A stretch of DNA of 59,571 bases, counting the filler, from Sphacelaria rigidula (taxonomy: Eukaryota): NCBI GenBank assembly GCA_964200075.2. It is 10 parts of 10 records of this genome, joined end to end, with 100 filler letters (N's around TTAATTAATTAA, not from the genome) between each part and the next. Parts side by side here need not be neighbours in the genome. Positions count along the whole stretch, not along the records: positions 1 to 5,868 come from CAXNAA020023858.1; positions 5,969 to 11,836 come from CAXNAA020023859.1; 8 more parts are not named here. The stretch is one strand, 5' to 3'. Of this stretch, positions 1 through 10,980 are shown piece by piece (positions within the stretch are counted from its first letter, which is position 1; each line of letters begins with the position of its first letter). A program made the position numbers and the translations under genes. Below the pieces are notes generated by a model. That model was given only the letters and a program-made list of their open reading frames with translations, was not told the origin of the DNA and did no database searches.

Positions 1-774
1 TCTAACTCCAAATATTGGCCGGCGCATCCGCCTGCAAACTTTCATGCAGCCTCTAGGCTTGCCCAGCCTGTAGTCGACCAGTGGGGGAACTACGTGCTCA
101 TTTTGACTGGCCGTGATTGGTCAGAATGATCATTCCGCGCCTCTCGGGCTTCGTTTATGGCTCAGAATCTTCTGCGGGAGACTTTCAACACCAAACACAC
201 ATGGTTGACTTGGTGAGCTTTTTGGCTGCTCTGCGAACAGACCCCCCCCCTCCTCAAAAACCACCCCTCCGGCCACTGGGAACTCCCGAATGCCTCGGGG
301 CTGTCAGCCTGTGACATTGTTTCGAGTCGACGCTCGCAGTCCAGGGGTATAAGGGTTAACCGTTAGGCAACCACCCCCCCAGCAGGTCGACTGGGTTGGA
401 CTATGCCACATTTGGGGTTCAGAACAGCTCTTTTCTCGCTACCCAAAACGCTTTCGTCAAAAGCATGTTCTTGTTTGCCATTTACACGTCGGGTCTTTCC
501 TTCGGTTATTAAGTTTGAAGGCCACGACCTGCACACCTACTCCCTAACCCACGTACGGAAACATCAAATGCCACTACACTTACGATACGTGATACAGCAG
601 TAGGGCGTTGTAGCCTCCGGACATGGGACATCGCAGCCTTTGGCCTCTCGCCCGGCAAGCTACAAGCTACAAGCTCCCCCCCCCTCTCCCCATCATCTAC
701 CGTCAGTGTGCGTGGTCGTCCCATTTATTCTGGTACACGACACTGAAAATCTTGTCGAACTACCGGTACCGATT

Positions 775-1146
775 TTACTTGATCATAATCGCGGATTCGA
801 TCCGGCCACCTAACGCCTTCTCCTGCCGGGAGTTTAAGCACCCCCGCAAAATCGAAAACACTCGCTCCGTAGATGCGGACGATGGTTGGATAAGTACAAC
901 ATTCATCGTCACGAGATACCCACTGGGAAGCCTGTTCGTGACGTCCCAAAACGGCAGCAAACCGTACTGTGAGTGCGCGCCTGAGGCCGCGACCAAAGAG
1001 TTGTCATTCTTCGACAGCTCGCCCGCCATGACCTCGGGACTCTCGAAGGGGGAAACAGCAAGCTCGCGGACCTCGTTCCCGGTGTAGCCCGCGTGCTGCT
1101 TCACATAAACGTAGTCGATGGGCTTGGCTGCTTCATTCATCATCAC
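775..1146 (-). mobile_element. hAT transposase relic, C-terminal dimerisation domain
   Basis: ORF ends LLPFWDVTNRLPSGYLVTMNVVLIQPSSASTERVFSILRGCLNSRQEKALGGRIESAIMIK, matching the hAT dimerisation signature (W...P...PxSSAxxERxFS). No catalytic core upstream. Confidence 0.8.
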
Positions 1147-1609
1147 TTTTCACTGCTTCTGCTGTACTACAGCTGGACGCCGGACACTGTACAAGTGTAC
1201 TAGTCTCAGTTCGCATTTTTGAAAACAACACAGTACCATGTATATAAAAAATAAAGTGGAACGTTTGCTGATCAGACTCGCAACAAAATAGGAACACGAA
1301 ACACGACCATGGAAATTTGAAGTATCGAAGGCTGAAGTATTTCGGCCTGTCTATTGACGAGTCACGCTACATGGAGCACTTGCGGGCAGCCGGTTGCGGG
1401 AGGCGCATAAAAAATTATCGCAACTTCATGCGCGTTTTATGCACATTTCAAGCATGCTGAGCTCGTTTCAACTGTTTTAAATGAATCATGATCACTGCGA
1501 TAAAAACATATGTTCAAGCTCAAAACCCCCGAATCAAGCTAATCTTCAGGCACACACACGGAACCAGATCCTATAAATAACCCGTACAAGTTTGATTATC
1601 GTAAATCAT

Positions 1610-2200
1610 CTTCCACGGAAGGTTTTCATGTGCTCAAAAGAAGGAAGTTCGTTTTTTTTAGCGGAAGAACGGGGATGCTGATCGCAAGGGAGCTCCATGA
1701 AATCGTACAGCCGCCGTTTTGGGAAGCGAAAAATATTTTCCACGGACGATTTTTGCGTGCTCAAAATAAGAAATTTCTTTTTTTTGAGCGGAAGAATAGG
1801 GATGCTGATCGCAAGGGAGCTCCATGAAATCGTGCAGCCGCTGTTTTGGGAAGCGAACAATATCGTCCAAGGAAGGTTTTTACGGGATATGTGCTCGAAA
1901 GAAGTAAGTTCGTTTTTTTAGCGGAAGAACATATGTGGTGATCGCAAGGGAGCTCCATGAAATCGTACAGCCGCTGTTTTGGGAAGCGAAGAACATCTTC
2001 CACGCTAGATTTTTGCGTGCTCGAAAGAAGAAAGCTTGTTTTTTTAGCGGAAGAACATATATGGTGATCGCATGGGAGCTCCATGGAATCGTACAGCCGA
2101 CGTTTTGGGATGCGAAAGTCTTCATGTACTCACAAGAAGAAAGTTCGTTTGTAGCGGAAGAATAGGGATGTTAATTGCATGTGCGCTCCATGAAACCGTA
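1610..2200. repeat. Tandem repeat, ~125-bp unit, ~4.5 copies
   Basis: GATCGCAAGGGAGCTCCATGAAATCGTACAGCCG recurs at ~1680, 1807, 1940 and 2065, with a degenerate copy at ~2172. Confidence 0.9.
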
Positions 2201-2384
2201 CACCGGGCGCGTCTCGGCGCTGTCTAATCATACAAGTGCCACCATTGAGGTGGAAATAAGTAAGGTCTATTCTCGGTTGTAGTTGTTGTCCGACGTTGAA
2301 AGCAGGGAGAACCCGAGAAGCAAGCAGAGTTTGTTTGGCTGAGTTTGTTCGACGAGAGCTGACGCGGTTATTTTTATCATCATT

Positions 2385-2655
2385 TGTTAATTATTTGTCG
2401 CACTTTGAACCCCTTCGCTTCCCCGGGATGAGTCCGTGGTCTCGAGGGATCAACCTATCTCTCCCCCGGTACGTGCCTTCCATTTTGGTCTCGCGGGTTG
2501 GGTCAGCACTCCCACCCCGCGTAAACTCACGTTCTCACGCTTTCCACGGTGGAGGTCAGACGTTACGAAGAAAGAACCCGACCCATCGGGAATCGAACCC
2601 TCGTTCTCTCCACCCTAATGGGGACAGTCGGACAATAACACGACCGGGGCGCGGC
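2385..2655 (-). mobile_element. tRNA-derived SINE (family B) with LINE-like 3' tail
   Basis: Minus strand starts GCCGCGCCCCGGTCG and carries a B-box GGTTCGATTCCC (2599-2588). It ends GAGACCACGGACTCATCCCGGGG...TTCAAAGTGCGACAAATAATTAA, a tail also seen at ~2935-3030, 14105-14178 and 56193-56285. Confidence 0.65.
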
Positions 2656-3059
2656 GGTGCGGGAGTGATATTCCAAACCGTGAGACCAAAATGTAAGGAG
2701 GCGTGTGTTGATCAAGCCAATATCCACGGAGCTACTGAGTCAGCGCTAATCAACAAAAGTTAATGTCCGAAGTCCGTCTAGCTGTTGAGCCACGAACTTG
2801 GGTGTCACCCCAGGGTTGCAACCGCTGTAATCAACGCTGCTCACTTGCCCGGAAGAACATCAATCGAAAACCCGCAAGGAGGGTCATCGGTAGTTCTCTG
2901 ACCGCGATCAATTGGCCAAGAAAATTGTGTCACGAGTGTACCGGTGGAAAGAGGGTTGATCTCGTGACACCACGGACTCGTCCCGAGGAAGGAGAGGGGT
3001 TTGAGTTGTGGCGGAAAAGAAGAGGCAATAAAAGGTGAATCCCTCAAAGCTACCAAATG

Positions 3060-3204
3060 CCGAACACATCACGGCGCCTCGCGCTTGGTGAATGATTGAG
3101 AGCGTGCTCCGGTGAGTAGCGGGCGTTCTCCTTCCCGGCTTTGTAGAGATGCGAGGTCAACCGTCTCACACGACCACGGCATGCAAGATTGTGAGTACGC
3201 CCCC
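3060..3204 (-). repeat. Dispersed repeat of unknown class
   Basis: Reverse complement aligns with 13695-13845 and 14012-14085 (shared TTGACCTCGCAT...AAGCC and, for the first, CACCAAGCGCG...CGCCGTGA). Confidence 0.75.
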
Positions 3205-4809
3205 TCAGAGCGGCCACCAAGCGCTACACAGACGAATTGATTACAGCACACTAGAATGACATGGAAGAACCAAGGAGGTGTGTTTACCACTTGGTCGACG
3301 AAGGAATTTCTCGGTATCATATTTTTTAAATAACGCTGACGGTAACCGTAGCCCCAACGCAAGGCATACTTTATCGAGAACCCTCGGGCAGGGGGGGGTT
3401 CGAAGCTTTCCCTAGGCAAAGTGCGGCCTGGATAGACCTCAGAGACGCCGTTTATTACGAAAATGCGTTCTGCGCGCGCGAGGGACAGTTGGGGCTGTCA
3501 GCTCATCTAAAGATCCGGATATCGATGTTTACACTCAAATGAAGCACGGTTAGGACAAATCATCACGACTCAAAATCACCAAATTCACGATTTCTTCGGC
3601 CTGATTGGCCANNNNNNNNNNCGTGTACCTGGGTTGCAACGCTCAAATAAATCCCAGGGATTGATTCGTCACGAGTCGACTCATCAAACTAAAATCAAGT
3701 AATTTCCAGACGAATCATTACTTATCCGACCCTTGAAATGAAGTAACAGCATTCCGGGAAGGCTCGAATCGACCAAGTGATAAACACCACTGGAACCAAG
3801 AGTAGTCTTTACGAGATTGGAAGGGAAGCCCCTTCCCCCACCCCCCCCCCCCCCCCCCCGCCACGCCGCCGGGGTGGGGGGGGCAGGGGGGGGAAGGAAG
3901 AGGAAAAGNNNNNNNNNNAAATAAAAAAAACCATACTGAAAAAAAGAATGTTTTTTAAAAAAGTGAAGGGAAACCCCCCCCCCCCCCCCCCCCCCCCGCG
4001 CAAGTAAGCTATTTGCTGAAGGAGAAGGCGAGAGAAGGAGCAAAAAATGATTCGGGGGAAAAAACGGAAGAGAGCGCGGTGAATTTCGTTTCTAGCGAGG
4101 AGGGAAAATGCTGAGCGCACAGAGCTCCACACAAAAGGGATGGTGAGGGGAAGAGGGAAAATGCTGAGGAAAAAACCAAATGGTGCGATTTGGAGTCGAC
4201 AGTGACTTCAAACATTTATGTCGGGATTCAGATATGTGTATCAAGAGATGTCATCATCGAGAGTTACAACAGCGGCGGAAGGTTTTCAAAATTAGTCTTT
4301 TTTCCAAAAGAGGTGATTCTTAATCAGACACTTGGGAGAATTATTCCGTTTGATGCAGTGGTACCCGCACATGTCTACTGTACTGTACTGATATTTCCCC
4401 CCGTTCCTCGATTCCTCCCGCCCATACCTCCCTGCGCGTATATATTACTCCTTCAAAAAAATTCACCCCACCAGGCGCTTGCTCGGATTGCTAAAAAAAA
4501 GTCCACGGGATCTGAAACAAAACATCTTCGAAGAAGCCCGCAGAAAAGGTCGCGGGAGTAAATAAAAAGAGCCATTTCGAGAGATACGCGGGGAGCTCGA
4601 GCTATAGTATATTTATATATACAGCAGTTTTCCTCACGTCACCGAGGTTAGGCTGTACGGCGGAGAGCCATCAGCTCCGGGCTGACGACGGTGGCGAGCT
4701 AGCTCAAAAGCCAGAGAGGGAGAGAAAATAATAACGAACCACGTAGTGTCTTGTGGAAGCGCGAGCAGCAGGAGGACAAACGCCAGGCGTACTCTACTCC
4801 TCGCCAGCG

Positions 4810-5120
4810 ATGTCGTCCAGCACAGACAACAGCAGCATCAGCACGAGCAGCTCCAGTGTCGGCATAGATGACAGTTCCAATATCACCACTCCCTCTCCGG
4901 TCTTCAATGTCACCACTCCGTCTCCAACGGTGCCTCCGACCCAGCAGCCCGTTATCGCGGAGGGGGCCACACCGGGGGTTGCGACGAACAGCTGGGCGGA
5001 TGTGCAAGCTACGGGCTTGACTAGCGTGGTGGCGGGGGCAATGATGCTCACACTGTTTGAGTGCCTCCGAGGAAGGCGTAACCGGATGTGTCGGTCGCTG
5101 TATCGTCAACGACATAGCCT
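4810..5120 (+). CDS. First coding exon, CSC1/OSCA (TMEM63/RSN1_TM)-like membrane protein, partial
   Basis: ATG at 4810, Ser/Thr/Pro-rich N-terminus, then the hydrophobic helix ATGLTSVVAGAMMLTLFECLRGRRNRMCRSLYRQR. This resembles the first TM plus LFxxLR...Y motif of CSC1/OSCA channels. Canonical donor GTGAGT at 5121. Downstream exons not identified. Confidence 0.5.
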
Positions 5121-5868
5121 GTGAGTGAATAGAGAAACGGACATGTACTACTGTATGTTCGGTGCATGTGTTGAGCTCTGTTTTGACGTACATTCTTTGA
5201 TAGTTTTCGGTGTATATGCTCTTCTTTTTGGTGCACGTGCTCTACATTTGGCGCTCGTTTTACTCTTGTATATAGTACCCTCCTGTGTGACGGTACTAGT
5301 GTAAGTGACACTCCCGGTTGATGATTCTACCGGGGACCATAAATTATCATCCAGCGATGTTGTTCAAGGCGGGGTCGATACATAACGTACCCCGGTACAG
5401 TGCTGCAAATTACCGGTATTGTGCCCACAACAGCCAAAACGTCATCACGCAGGGATCGTGTCCAGGGGTGGTATTTAGTATATGAATGCTACGCTTAGTC
5501 CTATACAGTATTGTTATCCTCATCTAAGTCTGCCACAGACAAAATAAATAGAAATTGAACGGAGGATGAGGAAAATTGTGACAAACATTTCTTTGTGTTT
5601 GTTTCTTCATTTTGATCGACCAAACAACGGACTGATCCTCACTACCCGAGACAAGAAAAAAGGCCTCCTGGTCTCATACGAGTAGCACGACCATGAGCTG
5701 CAATCATGCAACTACTTCGGAGTGCGCCGCACATTCTGCTCGGCCATTCGCGCAGCTTGAGGTTGTTGAGCTTACGTCATCGACTGAATGGACGGCTGCC
5801 CCCCCCCCCCGTCTCGAAAGGGATGCGTGGTCAATGGTCGAACGACTACAACAAATGAGTACGCCCAG

Positions 5869-5968
5869 NNNNNNNNNNNNNNNNNNNNNNNNNNNNNNNN
5901 NNNNNNNNNNNNTTAATTAATTAANNNNNNNNNNNNNNNNNNNNNNNNNNNNNNNNNNNNNNNNNNNN
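5869..5968. other. Artificial contig linker (first of nine)
   Basis: N44-TTAATTAATTAA-N44 (stop codons in all frames). Repeated identically at 11837-11936, 17805-17904, 23772-23871, 29739-29838, 35706-35805, 41673-41772, 47640-47739 and 53606-53705. Intervening segments are 5868, 5867 and 5866 bp in descending order. Confidence 0.98.
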
Positions 5969-6209
5969 GCGTAGTCCGTACCTTCTACGTAGGGAAGCGG
6001 GGTCAATGGACTCATATCTATTGCAAGAAAAATCAGACATACGCCCCCCCCCCCCCCCCGGTTTCAAGGTCAAATTCACATAAACTCGATGCACGTTTTC
6101 TTATCTTTCATGGGGATCCATGGTGATTTCGGTTCACCGCGTGCGGTTGGAGGAACAAAGTCATTTGATGCAGCACTCTACCCCAAGCAAATTAACCACC
6201 TGACGACAT

Positions 6210-6900
6210 TTGATTGATTAATCGATTGTCGCACTTTTACTGACACCCCCGGGGATCCAGCCGTGGTCAAATGATAGACGTACCCAAGACAAAACAAGAC
6301 TGAAACACTCGCTGAAGAAAAACAGGAAGCGGAAAAAGTAGAACAGAACAACATGGTAGACTAGGACGTTACAGAACAAAAGAGAAAATAAATAAATAAC
6401 AATAAAAGAAGACAGAAGCAAGGCAAGAAATGGCCGGTCTCTGCCACATGGCTTGGGCGTACAAGGTCTTGGGCAGAAGCGCACTCATGCACCCAGTCGT
6501 GAAAAACAAAAGGTCGTGGAAAGAAAAATATTGCAGCTCATCTACTACAAACGCTCTAGTTAGGGTATGGACCCGCTCATCCACGCAGACACACAGTGAA
6601 GAGAGGAACCACGCTGCTCTGCAATACACTGGCAGGAAAGAACACATGGATAGAGATAAAGGTAGGGAAAAGGGAGAACAGGGAAGGAGACTCCACAAGC
6701 GAAGCCCAAATAATTCAGGACAGCAGCGTAGATACAGACACACACCAGGGGGCACCGCAGAGCCACCGGCTAAGGACACACTCACCAACCGACATGAGCA
6801 GACGGGGTTCTTCGATCAGCGGCCCTCGACGCAGCAGCCTCTCGTTTGTGACGGCGGTCCGATTCTCGTTCGTCCGCGCGTCGTGCCTTGAAGATGTTTG
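6210..6900 (-). mobile_element. 5'-truncated non-LTR retrotransposon (RTE-like) 3' end
   Basis: Minus strand has a T-rich 3'UTR-like tract ending TTTGACCACGGCTGGATCC...AAAGTGCGACAATCGATTAATCAATCAA (microsatellite tail). It is preceded by a charged remnant, ARRADERESDRRHKREAAA. No RT motifs visible. Confidence 0.5.
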
Positions 6901-6975
6901 ATCGCCTTGGAGATGAGGAAAAAAAACGGCAGGAGAACAAAAAAGCGACAAGGAAAAAAATCGCATGACTCTCAT

Positions 6976-7197
6976 CACAGGGTGGTTGGAGGGCGAGATT
7001 GCCCCGAACACGAAGGCGCCAAGCTTCTTGCCCAACGATCTGTGCAGCAGTTTTCACGGGAACTACAGACCAAAGTCTTCGTGCTGCACAAATTCGGGCA
7101 CGTGTGTCTTTCCCTTCTCTATGTGGTTGGTGTCGGCATGGTGCAACGCGTGGTTTGGCTGCCACGAGAAGTACGGCCCCAGCAATGCAGGCTGGAG
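6976..7197 (-). pseudogene. Pseudo-exon of a delta-12/omega-type membrane fatty acid desaturase
   Basis: Manual translation: LQPALLGPYFSWQPNHALHHADTNHIEKGKTHVPEFVQHEDFGL*FP*KLLHRSLGKKLGAFVFGAISPSNHPV. This matches the His-box 2 region (PYFSWQxxHxxHHxxTNH...THVP). In-frame stops at 7065-7063 and 7056-7054. Confidence 0.8.
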
Positions 7198-7749
7198 TCG
7201 CTTATACATATTGGTTGGCGTGCCACTTTAGCCAGCCATCGCGCAAAACACAACAAAAAGATGGACCGTATCACGCCAAAAAGGGTGCAGAACAGGGGGC
7301 GGGCGCGGTGGGCGGGGGCGGGCAGGCGTTGGGGGGATGGTGGTAGCACATAATCGCACGTTTCAGGTATTCGTATCACCATGAGGGCCACCCCTCGAAG
7401 CGAACATCGACCAAGTACAGGCAAGAACGAGGGTCTCACTAAATAGCGATCGCCTAGTGCGCGCCTTGCGTGCTCGACACCGAGAGGTTGCTGTTGGTTG
7501 GCAAAAGAAGAAAAATATGCGGACATGGTGGCGAGGAAATCTCTGAAACGTACCCGCTATATCGGGATACAAACTTCGTACTCGGGTACACGCGCGGGTG
7601 CACCAGCATTTGCACAACAACAGAGATCTCAAATCAGGCAAAGCGCCTCATGCCGGGGATAGCTTCTACATTCATGCCACTGGCTATCAAGATACGAGTA
7701 GAGCATGCGGACCGGTCTGTAACCAATCCAACATTGATACAAAATTTCG

Positions 7750-8240
7750 AGGTTGTGTTCTGTAAGGTACGCGTACGTTTTGTAGGGTATGAGATTCCGT
7801 GCAAAATTTGCAGAACTGTCGGGTACCGGTATGAAAGTCTTACAGACATGGCAGAACTTGCCGGGCACGGTATGAGAGGCTTACAGAAAACCGGTATCGG
7901 CAGTCGTGTGACTCTTTGGGCACACCCGCCCCTCGGGATAGGGTAAAGTCTTTGTACAGAACTCACAGAACTGTCGGGTAAGGGTATGGGAGGTTGACAG
8001 AACTCACAGAAACTGTCGGGTAGGGTATGGAGGGTGCACAGAAAAACGTACCCGCAACCGTGTATATTATCAAGAGCATACCCGTGCCGCCCGATGAAGG
8101 TACGGGGCGCTTACAGAACTCACGGAACTACCGGGTACGGGTATGAAGATCTCACAGAGTTTACAGAACTGTCGAGTGCGGTAAATACACGCCAAAATAC
8201 CCCAGGTACACAGAAAATCGCACCCTACACAACACGACCT
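7750..8240. mobile_element. Non-autonomous TIR element filled with ACAGAACTCACAGAACTGTCGGGTA minisatellite
   Basis: Imperfect 20-bp inverted ends (7750-7769 vs 8221-8240, 16/20 match) enclosing many copies of the motif. Confidence 0.65.
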
Positions 8241-8329
8241 TGGTATTATGATCACCCCTGTGGTGGAACCTACGTCACTGCAACAGTGGCGAAATGCATA
8301 CGACATTTCACGAGAACTCTGAACGGCTT

Positions 8330-8701
8330 CACGGGGTTGATAGAGGAAGACTACACGAATAATCGCAGCAGTACAAGTGCACGGGATCGTCAACATCTAT
8401 CGGCTTCACGTACACTCCCAGAGAGTACATGAAGGAGCATTCGCGGCTGTCCGTTCTCTGGAAGCCCTTCGGCACGCGACAAAATCGCCGACGGCCTTGA
8501 CGACTTTCGGTGGCAGCTCCTCGTCTGTGCTGTACATGCCGATAACGGCCTGGGGTTTGATGACCACGACACAACCACCATCAAGGTCGATGACGTGCTT
8601 CTTGCTGCTTGATCCCCTGGTGGCGCAGATGAACCGCCCCCGCTCGAGCCACCACTCGAGTCTAGGGGTGATCCATCCTGATGGTCTGCAGCACTACTCA
8701 T
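8330..8701 (-). pseudogene. Degenerate coding fragment, possibly the N-terminal (BED-finger-proximal) region of a hAT-like transposase
   Basis: Protein-like segments in shifting frames: KHVIDLDGGCVVVIKPQAVIGMYSTDEELPPKVVKAVGDFVAC, then RVPKGFQRTDSRECSFMYSLGVYVKP...YCC. The family guess is from recollection only. Confidence 0.3.
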
Positions 8702-8848
8702 GTTTCGCGTTTCTACTCAACGGTACCTCGTGTCCCGTCAGATTCCAAACTTGAGAACGTTCTAACGTTGAAATTTTGTTGGTGTGCAATTTTGAATGAA
8801 GGAGGAGTTGGGTGGGTTGATCGATGGGAGGTACCCGTCCAGGTCATG

Positions 8849-9531
8849 AGGTTGTGTTTGGATTGAACGTATATCCGTACTTCCCCAAGGTATATACCTG
8901 TGCTCATACCTGCAATCGGGTATATCTAAAACGGTTTACTCTAACCCCAAGTAGGGGTATCGGAGGCTTTCAGAGCTGTCGGGTACCGGTAGTGGATGAA
9001 AGTCTTGCAGAAGCTTGTCGGGTACGGCTCACAGAAAACCGGTACCGGCAATCGGGTATTTCTTCAAGAGCATACCCGCGCTCCGGGTACGGGTAAACGT
9101 TCTGTACAGAACTCACAGAACTGTCGGGTAAGGGTATGGGGTGCTTACAGAACTCACAGAAACTGTCGGGAAGGGAATGGAGGTTGCACAGAAAACCGTA
9201 CCCGCAATGGGGTATGTTACCAAGAGGGTACCTGTGCCCCCCGGTAACGGTACCGGAGTCTTCCAGAGAACACAGAACTATTGGGTGAGGGTATGAAAGT
9301 CTTACAGAAATCAGAGAACTGTCGGGTACCTGTATGAAAGTCTTGCAGGAGTCACAGAGCTGTCGGGTACGGTAAATACCCCGCACAGGTGGCCACTGGG
9401 GTGCCTGCAACCTCAAATTTGGACGTAACAGGCCTTGTGCAGCGTCTGTAACGTCCAAATTTGAGGTTGCAGGCACCCCAGTAGCCACCCGTGCGGGTAT
9501 ACAGAAAACCCTGTACTACAGAACACAATCT
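8849..9531. mobile_element. Second copy of the ACAGAACTCACAGAA TIR element, with a nested hairpin insertion
   Basis: Starts AGGTTGTGTT (8849) and ends ACAGAACACAATCT (9531). Same internal minisatellite as 7750-8240. Confidence 0.65.
9379..9497. mobile_element. Near-perfect hairpin / mini-MITE flanked by TA
   Basis: 52-bp arms at 9380-9431 and 9446-9497 (49/52 complementary) with a 14-nt loop. TA at 9377-9378 and 9498-9499. Confidence 0.8.
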
Positions 9532-10656
9532 CGCAAAATTCCACGCACAAGTTTTCGCCATCACCTCGTTCATTCGAGTACGGTGTGTGGTTGAATTTTT
9601 ACAAAAAAAAAGGTGCTGAGTCACGACATTGTCCCGGTGCATTGGTGATCCCACCACTTGGTGATAGTATCGAATCAAGAAACTATTTAAACGAATGCCC
9701 CCCCCCCCCGTCCTCCCCCATCTCATCCCTCCTCAGGCCCCCGATCGCTCCAGAAATGGACTGTTTGCCGCAAGGAGAGGGATCATTCACAGCCTACACG
9801 GATTCGGCGGAGGGTGCATGCTCAGTCTGTAATAATCAAGTATGGTTGCATACATTGTCTGCTGTCGACGAAACTTGCCAACCGGCGTAGAGAAGGGACA
9901 AACGTTCAAACGTTCGAACCACGCCACCAGTGCGTAAAAGTTACTGCACGCATGTACGACATAACGCCCGATAAATTGTTACACCAACGCGAGGCAGACA
10001 GGGTGAAGACACGATGGTGACACACCGTTTCGCCGGCCAATTTTCGTGCATTGGTGGCACGCGAGTATCCGGTTTCTATTGCGTTTTCCCGGGTAACAAA
10101 AAAAGGGCATTCGTTTTTATACATCTGGGTAAGTCGTGCACACTGACAGCGCCTCCACAGTACGGGGCAAAATAACCGGGCACTTGAACGAGACACCGAC
10201 TCGACATTGGCCATGTATGATAGAGCCAGATGAGATCTGTTTGCAAACAAACTTGTGCCCACAACGACCATTTCAGCCTAATCGAGAACGCATTCCTCTG
10301 CCCAGTAGCAAGTCAGTGCGCGGACAGGTGCGAACATGCGGCCGTTGTATTATAGCACTGACCATCGGTCCAAGATCTCTGTGCTCGTACCGCAAGTACG
10401 CAACAAGGAAGCGTGACACCTACAGACCCAGCCCCAAACACGCACACGCACAGGCGGTCACACAGGCATTCGCTTCACCTCTACCCGTCGCTTCTCAAGA
10501 TACAGTAGTCACTGTTTGACGGGAATCCGCTCAGTACTGGAGGAAGGGTGGCCACGTGCGTGTCGATTTCACTCGAAAACATGCCGTTGCTGCCCCCTCC
10601 CCCAGAGTCCATTCATATAATTCAACTCAGAAAACGGCGATGGCTATGTCGACGAC

Positions 10657-10750
10657 TACGACCCTGGCTGTATGTGCCCACACATACCGAAAGGTTTAGA
10701 TTGGCGTCTAGCAAGATGGGATGACAACCTCCCCCGACCCCGCCCCGCAT

Positions 10751-10809
<59 letters not shown>
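10657..10809 (+). mobile_element. 3' remnant of SINE family A with (CA)~28 tail
   Basis: GCCCACACATACCGAAAGGTTTAGATTGGCGTCTAG...GATGGGATGACAAC matches the 3' end of 14598-14967. (AC)n at 10753-10809. Confidence 0.8.
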
Positions 10810-10810
<1 letters not shown>

Positions 10811-10980
10811 CACGATCTGCACAGCTCAGGGTTGTATTCGCTTGGCGCGTGCTCACCCCATGTAGCAATTGACCGTCCTCCTTCGAAATGCGGTGCGGGC
10901 GCGTATCCCCCTCTGTGCTTTTGACAGTAATCCCCGCGAGTACAGGCTGGTCCGCCCAAGAAGCCACCAGGAATGTTGAA

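Noticed and set aside
3830..4000. Poly-Pro/Gly ORFs or G-quadruplex cluster
   Set aside because: Homopolymer-rich, low-quality sequence flanking a 10-N gap. The same applies to 53730-53775.
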